DNA from: Octopus sinensis
Taxonomy: Eukaryota
Reading direction: 5' to 3'
DNA: 64,000 nucleotides
Assembly: GCF_006345805.1 (NCBI RefSeq)
Contig: NW_021834232.1
Span: 1 to 64,000 of the forward strand
Shown: positions 50,164-62,200 of the stretch, one piece after another
Layout: the number at the start of each line of letters is the position of its first letter
Position numbering within the stretch: position 1 is the stretch's first letter
Notes under the pieces: generated by a model
Database searches by the model: none
What the model was told of the DNA's origin: nothing
Seen by the model: the letters and a program-made list of their open reading frames with translations, nothing else
Made by a program: the position numbers and the translations under genes

Positions 50164-50745
50164 ATTATTATTATTATTAGCACTTCCCGTAGGAACATAA
50201 ACAAGGAAAGGAAAGAGTTATATCCCCACACGTGCCACACACGATACAATCTTCTTAACCATCGTTTGCCATCCTCTGCGGTTTTGTGCAGGCCATCGCA
50301 GTTCGTCCAAGTCATCGCATTGTTTCAAGGTTTTGCCCACGTGTTTCAGATCGTGTTCCAGAGCAACCGGCAGTGTTGTGCTGGGACGTCCGCGAAACTT
50401 TGGGCTATCCGAGAGAAAGTACTCTTCCATGGCTTGGTATGCAGGTGAGGACGGGTCCATTCTCAGGACGTGTCCGAAGAGCCTCCAGCGGCCATCTATG
50501 ATGTCCTGGCTGACTGGCACCGAGTTACTGAGTTTGTAGAGCGATGAGTTGTTATTTTTTTTAGGCCAATGCAGGCCATTTAGGACGCGAAGCTGTTTTC
50601 TGTGAAACGAGTCAAGATTCTTTAGTTCGGTGTCAGAGATGCCCCATGTAGATGAGTTGTACAGTAGTACCGGTTTGACAAAAGCGTTGTAGATTCTAGA
50701 GCGTAGTGATGGGTTCCCGGGACAATATCGTAGCCAATCTTTAAT
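50164..50745 (-). mobile_element. RTE 3' fragment with (TAA)n tail
   Basis: RIYNAFVKPVLLYNSSTWG, LDSFHRKQLR, RWRLFGHVLRM, RGRPSTTLP; (TTA)n at 50164-50179. Confidence 0.88.
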
Positions 50746-50939
50746 GAATTGATACGATAAAGGATAGAATTGATAGCCTGTCCGGTTGTACTGTGTGTGT
50801 TTTAGACATTGTGCAAGAAACTAACTAATAAATTCTATTTATTATCTAAAAAATATATTAATTTAATTATTTTTAATATAATATTACATAATTTTTATAT
50901 AAAAAATAAAATAAATAAATTATCCAATACTCTTGTGCA

Positions 50940-53068
50940 ATGTGTTCCTACGTCTTGGTAATGGCCAATTACAACCCCTTAAATGAATCAGAAGTGTATG
51001 ATAAAGTACTTAAATAAACAAACCCCAGTTTTCTAAAATAATCATCAAAGCCGATTTCAGCAAAATGGACTCTGTGTGCAGAGAACTCTGCGAAAAGTAC
51101 TCAAACGTCCTCCCCTACTTGTTCGACATGGCAATGGACCCAAACCTTACCTCAGGAATAGGAATCCTCGTCTACGACAAACTCATACAGTTTGCCTCAG
51201 TTTAATTATAACTTAATTAATAAATTAGAACTACATAATTTACGAAATTGCGCCCACCACGACGGATCACTGTGTTGCCGCCTATTATACAATGAGGGAG
51301 AGGTTCGCCAACCGAGAATTCCAATTGCTCGTCCCGCTTTATCGGTGGATTGAAAATTACATATTTTTGCTGCGTTATTCCCGCTTTTTTACAAGTTAGC
51401 TCACGACTTTCGACAGCAGTGTTACTGTATGGTATTCGAGGCACTGTTTGGGCAGTCGAAGGTAACTCACTTGATGTGAATGTGCTAGTTTAGGGAGTGC
51501 AGGTCAATTCTTTACTTTATGCAGGCCAATCTCGACGAAATGAGTCCAATTCTTGAAGAAAGGCAGGTCGCAGAAGCAGAGATTCAGTACAACAAAGTAC
51601 ATATTTAAAATATATTATTAATTAAATAAATTTACATTTTATTAATAAATTAATATATTTTATAATTAATTTAGTACAATGTTCGTCTCAAATTGGTGGA
51701 CCGCAATACTTCACCTCTGCTGTCAGATCAAGAGCTGGAGACCGCCTCTTCATGTGATGATTACGTAATAACCATGTGTAAGCCAATCCAGATATCAGAA
51801 AACATTGAGTTGTTGAACAACAAGGCAATCCGGGCTATATTCTCCGGGAAGCCTGAGGAGGCCCTTCGATATTTGGAGAAAATTGAAAACCCACCTTTGA
51901 TCATAACTTACAACATCACAATAGCCCGCCTTTTTGTTGCAAAAGACCGCGCAATTGATTTATCATCGATTTTATCGACGTGCATTGTGGACAATTATGG
52001 GTCACTTTATTATGAGTTGGATTCGGAGAATGTGGACGTGAGACGAGCCCTGGGAGTACTCCGTTTGTTTGCCCACCGAAATGAGTCGTCCATCCACTTT
52101 CTCCTCCGGGCAATGCGAGTGAACAACCCGGTGGATCTCCTACGGGTAGGGGAGGCGATATCTCTAAGGAGTGACACGACTTGTTGGAATATGGAGCGAC
52201 TGTTTGGCCGTGGGTTTATTGAGCGGATTTATATTCCCCGTCGACACAAGGAGACGATTCCCATTTTCTATTCCTTCATCCGAACCCCGAATGTGGAGAC
52301 TGATGTGAAGAAATTTGGGATATCCCTCGAGTTGTTGTTGAGGGCCAAAGCACTGGTCGACATTGGAATAGCCCATTTTCTTGAGGGGGACTCCATGGTT
52401 CTGAAAAACGACGTATACGACCACTACTCTGACATTAAAATGTGGCAGGACAACCTCATTGATGTCAACCTGGCCATAATGCTCCAAATTGCCTATGTGA
52501 CACTCTCCCTTGGCTTCTATGTGTTGTGTCAGACAATGTGTACTCATATCCTCGCTCTCAGTGAGGCCAAAAAACATCAAAGGTATCTACATGTTTTATT
52601 TGTGGGTTTTTGGCCTACCTTTATTTGGCTGAAGTGCGATTGTACTATGAGAGTGATCCAGAAGGGAGTCTGAAGGCGATTGACGAGGCTACGGAGATGT
52701 TTGAACTGATGAAGACAGACAAGACAGACTCTTCCCGTGCTCTCATATGGCGGGAACATCCATTTTTTGATAATATTAAAAAAATGTGGGTTGTGTTGGC
52801 CCACAATCGAGCCTTTATTTTGTGTGCGTGTGAGAAGTACGACGAAGCCAAGGCCGTGTTGACCAAACTGAAGGAAGTGAAGGAGTTAAATAGCAACAAG
52901 TCGTGTGTGGATAATGTCAGTACGGCCGGTTATGTGTTCACTTTGGAGCTTTTCTTGGACTATCAACTGGCCGCTAATGGTAGGGTTGTGTGTTTATTTG
53001 TAGACGATTATTTGTGGCTTGATTATATTCGGAGGGAGTCATTCCATCATTCTAAATTGAATGAATGA
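50940..53068 (+). CDS. CNOT10: CCR4-NOT complex subunit 10, divergent TPR protein (multi-exon, one apparent frameshift)
   Basis: Introns 51006-51028 (23 nt), 51200-51228 (29), 51374-51399 (26), 51462-51488 (27), 51597-51674 (78). Motifs NNPVDLLRVGEAI, IAYVTLSLG..LAYLYLAEV and HNRAFILCACEKYDEAK parallel CNOT10 NPRLWLRLAECC, AYVALALG..HLYAAEA and NLGSAYCLRSEYDKA. The T5 at about 52606-52611 needs +1 nt. Confidence 0.72.
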
Positions 53069-54313
53069 TTCTATTATTTGTTTGTGGCTACGCTTTTACT
53101 CTTTTTTGATATATTAATTAGACCAAGTGATGTTTTCCCAACAAACGTTCTGACATGTTTTGTCTTGTGGATATTACCCAAATGAGCTAAGGAAAATATT
53201 TGTGGATTCTTAAAGAACCGTCACTGAGTATTTTGTAAGATGATATGGATCGAGAGAGGATATAAAGTTAAAGTCGATACAAAAAAATGAGCAATTGGTA
53301 TTGTTCTGCATTATTTTGATTACTTTTTATATCGTTGTACTATTTTCTTGTGAATGACTCATTTAATGTGAAATTAGGTTCATTCCAATGTATACTGCGA
53401 ATTCATTCTCAATGTATACTGATAAAATTATTATTACTAAAGCAAAGGAATTTGGACAAAAGCTAAATATTCAAGACCTGCAATTTAACAAAGGATAGCT
53501 ATATAGATTCAAAAATCGGTTCAATTTGAAATTGAAAGTTCTTCACGGAGAAATAAATTCAATGTATAAAACACTATACAAAGAACTTTATTTGATTTTT
53601 TCAATTAATAATTGTGTTTATAAACAGATTAGTAATTTGATCATTTAGCTAACAATCATATAAATTTTAGATTCCGATTCCTTCATAATCCGAAGGGAAA
53701 GTCGATTTGAATTTTTCGGATTAACGAGGGTTGACGTATTCTTCAAGCCGTGGAATAGATATTTGTTTAGCGGAATATTGATTATAATGAATGCTCTGGT
53801 TTCTTGTAGTGCTTATCATTTTTTGCATATTGGTAAATATTTGTTTGCTGTGATTCGGTCAGATAATCAACAAAAAATTGTTATTTTGAATAAACTCAAT
53901 GAATTTTGATGTTTCTGTAATGAATGATTAGAATTTAGAAAATGCCTTTTCATGCATTTAATTTTATACAAACAGGGACGACAATATATATCACTGTCAC
54001 AGTCCCATAATGAAATGCCCTATATCAAATCGACAAAAAATGACCAAAATCATATCAAAAAAATAAATTAGTATAAATTGCGATCAAAAATGACTAATTT
54101 GTTATTCAGAAATTGAATTTCGAGATAGCATGAGCTGCCTCGAAAGGTTCAGAATGAGGAAACTATATGAATCATTTATATTTGAGAATAAAATTGTATT
54201 CATTAATATAACAGTTCGTATAAATTCGACTGGATTAATTTTGTTCAGAAAAATGTCTCGATGTGATAGTTATTTTTAATAATTCACGATTTCGAATTTC
54301 CGGCACATAAGAT

Positions 54314-54440
54314 GGCCTGGTGATCCCCCGGTTGATCGCCAACGAGACTCTTTAGAGAAGATAACAAGTCTTGTTGGGGTTGTTGCCTTTCTTGCCGATC
54401 TTCGTCCCAAGCCGACGAAGAAAGCGTTTCCGGGCCGATT
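54314..54440 (-). mobile_element. CRE RLE 3' fragment
   Basis: IGPETLSF.RRLGTKI...YLL*RVSLAINRG. Confidence 0.65.
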
Positions 54441-54899
54441 ACTCTCAATCAGTATTTACCATCCTTCGCTGCACCTTTGGAGTTAGCTTTCGAGAGTCTC
54501 TATGAATAGACTGAACTTTCCCAATTTGGAATTTGAGTTCCTCTAGGCAATTTCTGATCTTGCACTCTGGAAGAGTCGCATCTCCCTTGCACATTGTTAT
54601 TTCGTTGGCATAAACTGGAGCACTTTGCCGAGTACCTCTCATTGAATTTCTTCAGGACAAGGTTACAACCACCCATACACCATTGACATTTCCGATGATC
54701 GCAGAAAGAGAATGCAAGTTAGTTTTGGCAGCATCACAAACAAGATCTTGTATTACAACATTAGCTCTTGTGACATTATGAGGTCCCACAGGCGACGGTC
54801 CTGTCTTTTTTAAACTATTTTAATTTGCAGGAAGGCCCATAGGTTTCGTTTTCCTTAACTGCTTGGAAACGTACATGCATTCACCACAACAACTAAATT

Positions 54900-55620
54900 A
54901 TTAATGACGAGGTTCATAAACGAATTATTGCTCAGAACGCCATTCAAAATATGAAGATAGAATAAATGAAACAGCATTTGACCACTTATTATGGAATTAA
55001 TAAACTGAAAGAATTATTATTTCACTATCAAAAAGTCTATTATATGTGAAGTATGTTCCGAATGCACAGCATGTGCACAAAGCCAACTTTTATAAGCTCC
55101 GATTTCTATGATTCAGATTAAAGAGAAGTTTTCTCAAGAAAGATTTCAAATGGACTTGGTGGATTTAAGTCGATGGTCCAAGCCAATTATGTCTTTAAAT
55201 ATATATTTAATATCATTGACGTACATTCCAAATTTTGTTTTGCAAAAGCTATCGTCTCTAAAGTGGCAACTGCTATTAGTTAAGCTTTAAGAATTATCTT
55301 TTATTGTTTTGACATCCTCAGACTTTAACATCTGACAATGGGAATGGAGTTCAAAAATTAACTAGTAAATTCTTTATACACAGAATTTAACATTTTAAAA
55401 TAGTTTAGTTGTCCAAGGCATCCCCAGTCCCAGGGCCAAGTAGAATGTTGTAACCAAACGTTAACTCGTTGGTTACAAAATAAAGAATGGATTTCATGTT
55501 TGGACTTGGTAGTGTACAATTATAATAAAAGCTTGAATTCTTTCACGAATAAAACCCCTTTTAATCTATTTCATGGAAGTAAAGGATACAACACGTTTAT
55601 GGTGAACAAAGACAATGCTT
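54900..55620 (+). pseudogene. KRBA2-like integrase remnant
   Basis: ERFQMDLVDL, IIDV.SKF, TSDNG.EF, PRHPQSQGQVECCNQTL; many stops and shifts. Confidence 0.8.
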
Positions 55621-55769
55621 TAATTTTATTATTTTTAGATAGAGATGAAAGTGAAAATGAATGTTAGAATTAAATACAATGATGACGAGAAACATGAAGC
55701 AAATAAAAGTGTAAACAATATACTTTTTATGTTTAGATATCTATGAAATCAATAATGAAAAATATTTCC

Positions 55770-55885
55770 ATAGAATGCAGATGGACATGGGATGGACTGG
55801 TCGCCAAATACCACAAGCGGTACTTAAGACAGCTGGGTGTTGATAAGTCTCTACAGGCTTATATGCAGTCAACTGTTCTTAAGAG
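55770..55885 (+). mobile_element. R4/Dong-like RLE C-terminal fragment
   Basis: TWDGLVAKYHKRYLRQLGV...AYMQSTVLKRTL. Confidence 0.75.
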
Positions 55886-56439
55886 GACTCTGAGAGTGTC
55901 TCGTTTGATGCTCGCCGATTCAGTCCTTTCCTACATTTACTTAGTGAGATGCGCTAGACTGCACTTTCTCGACGATCTACAGTGCCACATGTCAATTAGC
56001 AATCAGAAGCACATCACACCGATTCAATTCTTCTCGAAAATTGTTCCCGTCCGTTCCGCACTTGCGTTGGGTCCAGAGTTCAACATCGAGAAAATTTAAG
56101 AAAGTCCTTCAGGATTGTTGGAATCACCCAATTAATTACTCCAATTAATTGTTGGTTATTCTTGAGTTAAATAAAAATAATCCAATCATGCATTTTCAGA
56201 CAGTGCACTTCCTGTTATCTTCGATGGTCAACGGTGAGTAGGTAAAAACCATTAAAGTAAGCGTTCATTCTTTTGGAAAATTACTATGGAGCTCGTTTCT
56301 ACATAAATTTTATAAAAATCTCCGGTGTGAGTAAGACACCTGCTTTATATTGGAAGTCCGAATAATTGATTTAGTTCAATTTATTTTTAAGGAGTATCAT
56401 CATAAAAATGATATTTATGTGGCCCAATTTATCTGTCAG

Positions 56440-56710
56440 GTTTGGAGGACTAGATAATATCCTACCTGAACTAATAAAGTACGCGCCAATGAAGCTTGCT
56501 AGAACCATTGCAAACATCCTGAACAAAGAATTTGAGCAGAATAGCCTATTAGACCTCAGCAAAAGATGGTTAGTTCCACTAAAGAAACCCGGAAAAAAGA
56601 GAAACCATACCCAACTTAAGACCTATTAGCCTAGTATCGACGCTTCGGATAACACTCTCACTGGTTGCATTAGAAAGAATAAGAACTAAGATGGCAAATT
56701 TTCTTTGGGT
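56440..56710 (+). mobile_element. RTE-like RT N-terminal fragment
   Basis: GLDNILPELIKYAP, LVPLKKPGK, NLRPISLVSTLR. Confidence 0.75.
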
Positions 56711-56959
56711 CAAAACTTATAGTTACATAAATTTTTTTAAATCTGCTTCATATGGGAAGTGCAAATAATTAATCTGACTTAAAGTATATTTAAGGAGTAT
56801 CATTCGAAAAATGATATTTGTATGGCATAATTAGTGCAATAATTGATTTCTAAAATATAAATTTAGTAAACTAGTAAATATTAAATACGTGCCAAAAATC
56901 GAGTTATTTTATAACTGTCTGTAAATTTAATTTTATTATGAGAAAGAAAATATAAGTTA

Positions 56960-57145
56960 ATTAAGGTTGCTTAAGAGCAGAAAGGATAGCGTGGCTATTA
57001 CCCCTGACAACGGTTGTTGAAAGGCGTTGAAACAGCCATTCGGTCTCCCTTCTATCTTTCGTCTGAACCGAGATCAGGGATCCAAGTTTCCTAATGAAGG
57101 AGATTGATTCCGGACCGATGACTCCACAATAATCGGTTGCACTAT
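56960..57145 (-). mobile_element. CRE RLE 3' fragment
   Basis: PIIVES.GVIGPESISFIRKLG...WLFQRLSTTVVRGNSHAI. Confidence 0.85.
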
Positions 57146-57224
57146 GAACCTAAGTCTGTAAATTATAGTTCACTTACATAATTGTCTGGAAATACTACAA
57201 TTATTTTTGTGATTATAATCAATT

Positions 57225-57612
57225 CCACGTCCAACGTCCGGATGGGTCCACGCTATTCCCGTTCAAGCGGGGACTCGCTCTCGTTTGGGACGTGACCTGT
57301 GTCGACTCGTTTTCCTCGTCATCTCTCATCGACTCCGTGTCCCGCCCTGGCTCAGATTCCGCACATGCCGAAGCGAAAAAAATTGCAAAGAACGGCTCAT
57401 TGGAGAACACCTGCCTTTTCGTCCCCCTGGCTTTCGAGACGAGTGGGATAATCGGCCCGAAAGCCCTGGAGTTCCTTTCAGAAATCGGTGTGATGATTTC
57501 GAGGAAAAGCCACGAGAGACGTGAGTCTAGCTGGCTTTTTCAGCGCATTTCGCTCGCGATATTGCGCGGAAACTGCCTATCTATTCGCGCGTCCTCTCAA
57601 TCAAAGAATTAA
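57225..57612 (+). mobile_element. CRE RLE 3' fragment
   Basis: PDG..LFPFKRG..LVWDVTCVDSF, AEAKK, PLAFETSGIIGP, WLFQRISLAILRGNC. Confidence 0.9.
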
Positions 57613-58016
57613 CATCATAAATTCACTTAATTAACACTCGAACTAAAAAAAATCAATTCCATAATTTTGTGTACAAGAATTATTGCAGATGCTTATTGAT
57701 TATATTATGTCACATGCCTCAGCGATTACTATGCCCCACTCGTTACCTCTGAGAAATATGATTTTTCATTTTTTAGAAAAATTAAAAAATCAATCATAAG
57801 GTAATAAAATTAAAATTTTTTTTTGTTTAGAAAAGAGTTCTTCAAAATAACTAATTATAGGAATAGGAATAGGAAGTTTTATTGGAAACAGAGAAGGGTT
57901 AAAGGTTAGGGGGGAGTTTGTATAATGAAACAATAGGACTACCCTATCGACTTCTTCCCAGAAAAAAAAGAGACCCCCTCAAGTAAATTTTTTTTTTTTT
58001 TTTTTTTTTTTCTTTT

Positions 58017-60646
58017 CTACCTCTGCAGGTACGTCCCAGTGACAATTGAGTTGGATTTATAACCACTTATAGCTTTTTCGACAGTTTCACCGACCATGGA
58101 GGATTTACTTTCAAGCCACAGGGGGATTGGATCTTCAACTTTTTGGTGGTAAGCAAGCTTCAAAGCGAGCCTGCGAGACTTTTCAAATTTAGTTAAGATG
58201 GTGTCCTTCTTTTTAGAGAAGTACCATCCCTCTTTTCCGTATAGTAGTCCCGGTAGGATCACCGTATTGAAAACGTAGAGGAAAGTATCAGGCTCCAAAT
58301 TTAACTTCCTCAGGCAGAACAGAGCATTAGTTGCTTTCCTTTTACTTAATTTTGCGTTTTCGAGATAGTTTCCCTTTTCATCGATGAACAAGCCAAGATA
58401 TTTAATTGAGTTTTGTCGAGGTATGTTCTTGATCAGGCACGGTAAATTTATTAAATTTCTGCTTTCTGTGATTCTCAGTAATGCGGACTTCTCACGCGCA
58501 ATAATGAACATATTTTCATCGCACCATTGCTCCACTGTATTCATATATGATATAATCCTTTGTTCGGATAAGGCAGGTTTCGATGAAATGTCAAGGATTA
58601 CAACATCATCGGCGTATATCAAAATTTCCGTCCGTGTGTTGACAGGAGACGGCAGATTGCTCATCACAATGTTGAATAATAGAGGACTGAGGACTGATCC
58701 TTGAGGGACGCCTCTTTTAAGTTTCAGTTCATCCGAGTCATAGTTCAGAAAGCTTATCACAGAGCGCCTGTCGCGGAGGAAGTCTTTTAGCCATAGGAAT
58801 AGTCCTTTGTCTATGTGACACTTCGCCAGATGTCTAAGGAGACCGAGGTGCCAAACCATATCAAAGGCTTTTGAGATGTCTAGAGACACAATTGTCAGAC
58901 ACTCTTTGAAATCCAGAGCCTTTACAATCGACGAATTGAGTGTATAAAGACAGTCAGCACAGGAACGACCCCTCCGAAAGCCCCACTGCACGTCTTTGAG
59001 ATAACCATTTCTCTCGACGTGTTCAGAGAGTCGTTCAAACATTACCCTTTCCATTATTCGACTGATGGTAGGAATTAGGCTTATAGGCCTATAACTTGTC
59101 GCCAAGTAACCAGGTTTTCCAGGCTTCCGTATCATCCTTACCTCCGTCAGTTTCCATGAAGAAGGGACGTATCCCAAGCTCACACTGCGGGAGAAGAGAC
59201 ATCCCAAATATTCGTAAAGTTGCTTGGGAGCTTCTTTGAACATGCGCATGGTTATCTTGTCCTTTCCCGGAGCGTTATTTTTGGAGTATCTAACTGCATT
59301 TTCCACGTCTTTGCACGTTATAGATTCCGAGCACATTGGTAATGAGCTAAGATTGTCTTCCAACTCTTTTTCCATATCAAACAAAGCTGAATCAGATAGA
59401 TTTGTATCCGGATTGACTTCTTGTATTCTTTTGAGACTATCAGCAAATATGTTCGGGATTTCTTCATGAGATGCAGGGGATCCATCTTGTTTTAGCAGTT
59501 TAGGTATAGTTTTCTCAGACGTCGAGGTTAATTTCGAGTAGACCTTCCAAAAATTTGGACTTCCTTTATGTAGCTTTTTGCACTCAGTATTCCATTTTTT
59601 ATCCTTCGCCACCTTCGCCGATTTTCTTATTTCTTCCGTAATGGTGAAGATTTCACTTTCCAAAACGGACCGGTCACGAAAATCTGCGCAGCGCCGGAGT
59701 TTGTTCCTTAGACATTGTTTTTTCCTTAGTAGGATTTCAACATTCATGTTTGGCATGTGAGTTTTCCTATTGTTTGAGACGATTTTTGTAGAATATGTTT
59801 CCAGATAAGACTTTATGTATCCAATAAGGGAATTGCTAGACTTCTCGAGGTCCTCAGATGAAGAATTTTCGTCAAGTTTAGGAGCGAAATTGCTCAGATA
59901 AAGTGTAAAACATTTTCGGTAGTGTTCCCAGTTTATAGTCGAGAGGTTATATCGTATAAAAGTTGGTTTACCCTTTAAAGGTCCAAGGTTGAGTTTGTAT
60001 AAAATTGGTAGATGGTCACTTCCAATATCATTTAAGGTGTACGGTTGTTCCATAAATTGAAGAGTAGACATAGAGACCAATGCTACGCCCAAATAGTCCC
60101 ACCCTCCTGGTGAGTAATGATTTGGGGTTTTTGATGTGATGACCGAGAAACTGAGAGATTCTGAAAGCTTCTTAAGAATGATGCCATCCCTGTTGGTTCT
60201 CAGACAGCCAAAAGATGTGCATTTGGCATTTAGATCCCCGAGGAGTATTGACAAATGATTGTGTTTATCGGCAAAAAAGTCCTTGATAAGCGATGAATAA
60301 TTGGAAAGGGATTTTGAGTACATCCCTCCGATTGTTACCCACCCTTTTTCCAGAAGGACGTCGATTGTGAGGAATTCACACAATTCCTCGGACACAATTT
60401 TTAGATTTTTCACCCTTAGAGTTGATTTGTAGTAGATAGAAGTGCCTGTTCCAGCGATCGAGCCCGGCTTCCACTTAATATCAAGGGAACGATAGCCATC
60501 CAAGTAGTAATCATCATGTTTTTTGATTTTTGTTTCGTTTACGATCAAAAGGTCCACGGGGTATGGGATAACATATCCTCAATCTCTGAACGCCTTCTCT
60601 TTAGAGAACGTGCGTTCACAGCGATAATAGACAGAAAGGGGCTCAC
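58017..60646 (-). CDS. LINE ORF2: APE endonuclease plus reverse transcriptase (1-nt frameshift near N-terminus)
   Basis: SIIAVNARSL (upstream frame), VNETK, GDLNAK, SDHLP, YRPISL, LDISKAFDMVWH, GVPQGSVLSPLLF, YADD, KYLG. G4 at 60558-60561 is one base short. Confidence 0.92.
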
Positions 60647-61812
60647 GCCTGATCAATCCTTTCCCTTCCAAGAGAAAGGGACAACAGATTGTTGATATCG
60701 AGGCCTTTTTCATCGCATATAGCGATTATTTTGCGAATCATAGAGGTAAGCTCAACGTCGATAGTTGGTGCTTTCCTCTTAAAGCGGGTTGGAGGCTCTG
60801 TGTGTTGTGTATTGGGAGGCAAAGTTGCGTCTTCACTAACATCTGTTTGCGTTGAGGAGTCAAAACAGCGGGAAATTGTGGGTTTTCGCCATACAGATTC
60901 AACGGCCTCCGCTTTTGACCATACAGTTTTTGAGTGTTCTGCTTTGGCCAGTCTGTCCCTGGCACTGAGCTGCTTTTTTAGTTGTTCAGTGGCTGCCTTA
61001 GCTGAAGAGCAGCCACCGTAGCAAGCCAAATGCCCACTCAGACCGCAGTTTATACATTTTTTCTCAGTTTTTCCTTTAATCGGGCACATTTTCATATTAT
61101 GATCACCACCACAGAAAAGACATCTTTCCACTTCTTTGCAGAAGTTAGCAATGTGACCAAATTGTTGGCAGCGAAAGCATCTTGTTGCTGGGTTTTTAAA
61201 CCATTCGCATCGTATTTTTTGAAATCCCACTTCGATTCCCATCCTTACAAGCGAAGTGGCTTCTGCCCTCGAATTCAGACTCAACTTTCCAACAGGTATA
61301 CTCCGTCCATTTTTGTAGAACCGTTGGAAAGTAAAACCGGGGTTGAGAATTTCTTTGAGGTAAAGATCCAGGTCTTCCTCGGAGACCCAAGATGGTATTC
61401 CCTTCAAGACTACGGTCGATGGTTGCAGACTGCACGCAGAAATATAATGGCCGTCCTGGCCAAATGGTTTGTTATACTCGAAGTCATTCACAAACGAGTC
61501 CCTATCACTAGAATTTGAGAATTCGAGGGTAAAGTCCCCAGACTTCCTGGCAGTAATTCGGGCCTTCTGTGCAGTCTCGGATTTGGTTAGAATATTAAAG
61601 GACTTTATTCGTCCAATCGCATAATTTTTTATCTGCAGCGAGAGGACAAGAGACTCAGTACAGTTTGGATTGTTCAAAGAGACTTGAGAGGAGTGTGACC
61701 CCTCCTCATCTTTGATACGGATTTCATCTTTGCGTTCAAGCTCTTGAGACACAGAAGATTTTGAGTTTTTGATAGTTTTATTTTTTGCACCACGAGAAAC
61801 GAAACGTGTCAT
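60643..61812 (-). CDS. LINE ORF1 (gag-like, three Cys/His zinc knuckles)
   Basis: 389 aa; CFRCQQFGHIANFC, CLFCGGDHNMKMC, CINCGLSGH. Confidence 0.92.
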   Translation of the reverse strand: MTRFVSRGAKNKTIKNSKSSVSQELERKDEIRIKDEEGSHSSQVSLNNPNCTESLVLSLQIKNYAIGRIKSFNILTKSETAQKARITARKSGDFTLEFSNSSDRDSFVNDFEYNKPFGQDGHYISACSLQPSTVVLKGIPSWVSEEDLDLYLKEILNPGFTFQRFYKNGRSIPVGKLSLNSRAEATSLVRMGIEVGFQKIRCEWFKNPATRCFRCQQFGHIANFCKEVERCLFCGGDHNMKMCPIKGKTEKKCINCGLSGHLACYGGCSSAKAATEQLKKQLSARDRLAKAEHSKTVWSKAEAVESVWRKPTISRCFDSSTQTDVSEDATLPPNTQHTEPPTRFKRKAPTIDVELTSMIRKIIAICDEKGLDINNLLSLSLGRERIDQA

Positions 61813-61818
61813 GTCACC

Positions 61819-62200
61819 TTTTTTTTTTAACTAATTAAGTGTCAGCAGTGGCTGCACCAGATTCCGATGGATATCCTCTGGTACAGCCAGCCGATTTGGC
61901 GGTGGTCCTTCGTGTACTTGTGGATGCACTTCCCAATTTCGGTCAGAAGCGACACTCCGGCCGTCCCTATCACTCCACTTGTCTCCACAGCAATCGGAAC
62001 AAAGTGGTAATTTGGTGGGAGAGAGGCGTATTTCTTCCGCTTCGTCTCCTCAGCCCGACGGGAAGCGAAGCCGGGGGAGAACGCAGACTGAGCAACGGTC
62101 CCGGGGGCAAAGGTGTCCGCGCAGGTAACATCCCAAACAAGACATTTCCCCTCCGAGAATGGAAAGACCGTCATTCCGTCTGGACGCTTGCCGTCGCCAC
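61819..62200 (-). mobile_element. 5'-truncated CRE RLE copy with A10 tail
   Basis: RGDGKRPDGMTVFPFSEGKCLVWDVTCADT, AEETKRKKY, PIAVETSG, WLYQRISIG; T10 at 61819-61828. Confidence 0.9.

Larger units (their letters stand above)
57988..61812 (-). mobile_element. Near-intact I/Jockey-group LINE (ORF1 + ORF2 + poly(A)), 5' UTR missing
   Basis: Two long ORFs; T24 at 57988-58011 lies 5 nt after the ORF2 stop. Confidence 0.95.

Noticed and set aside
51217-51444. 75-aa minus-strand ORF
   Set aside because: Antisense to reconstructed CNOT10 exons 3-4.
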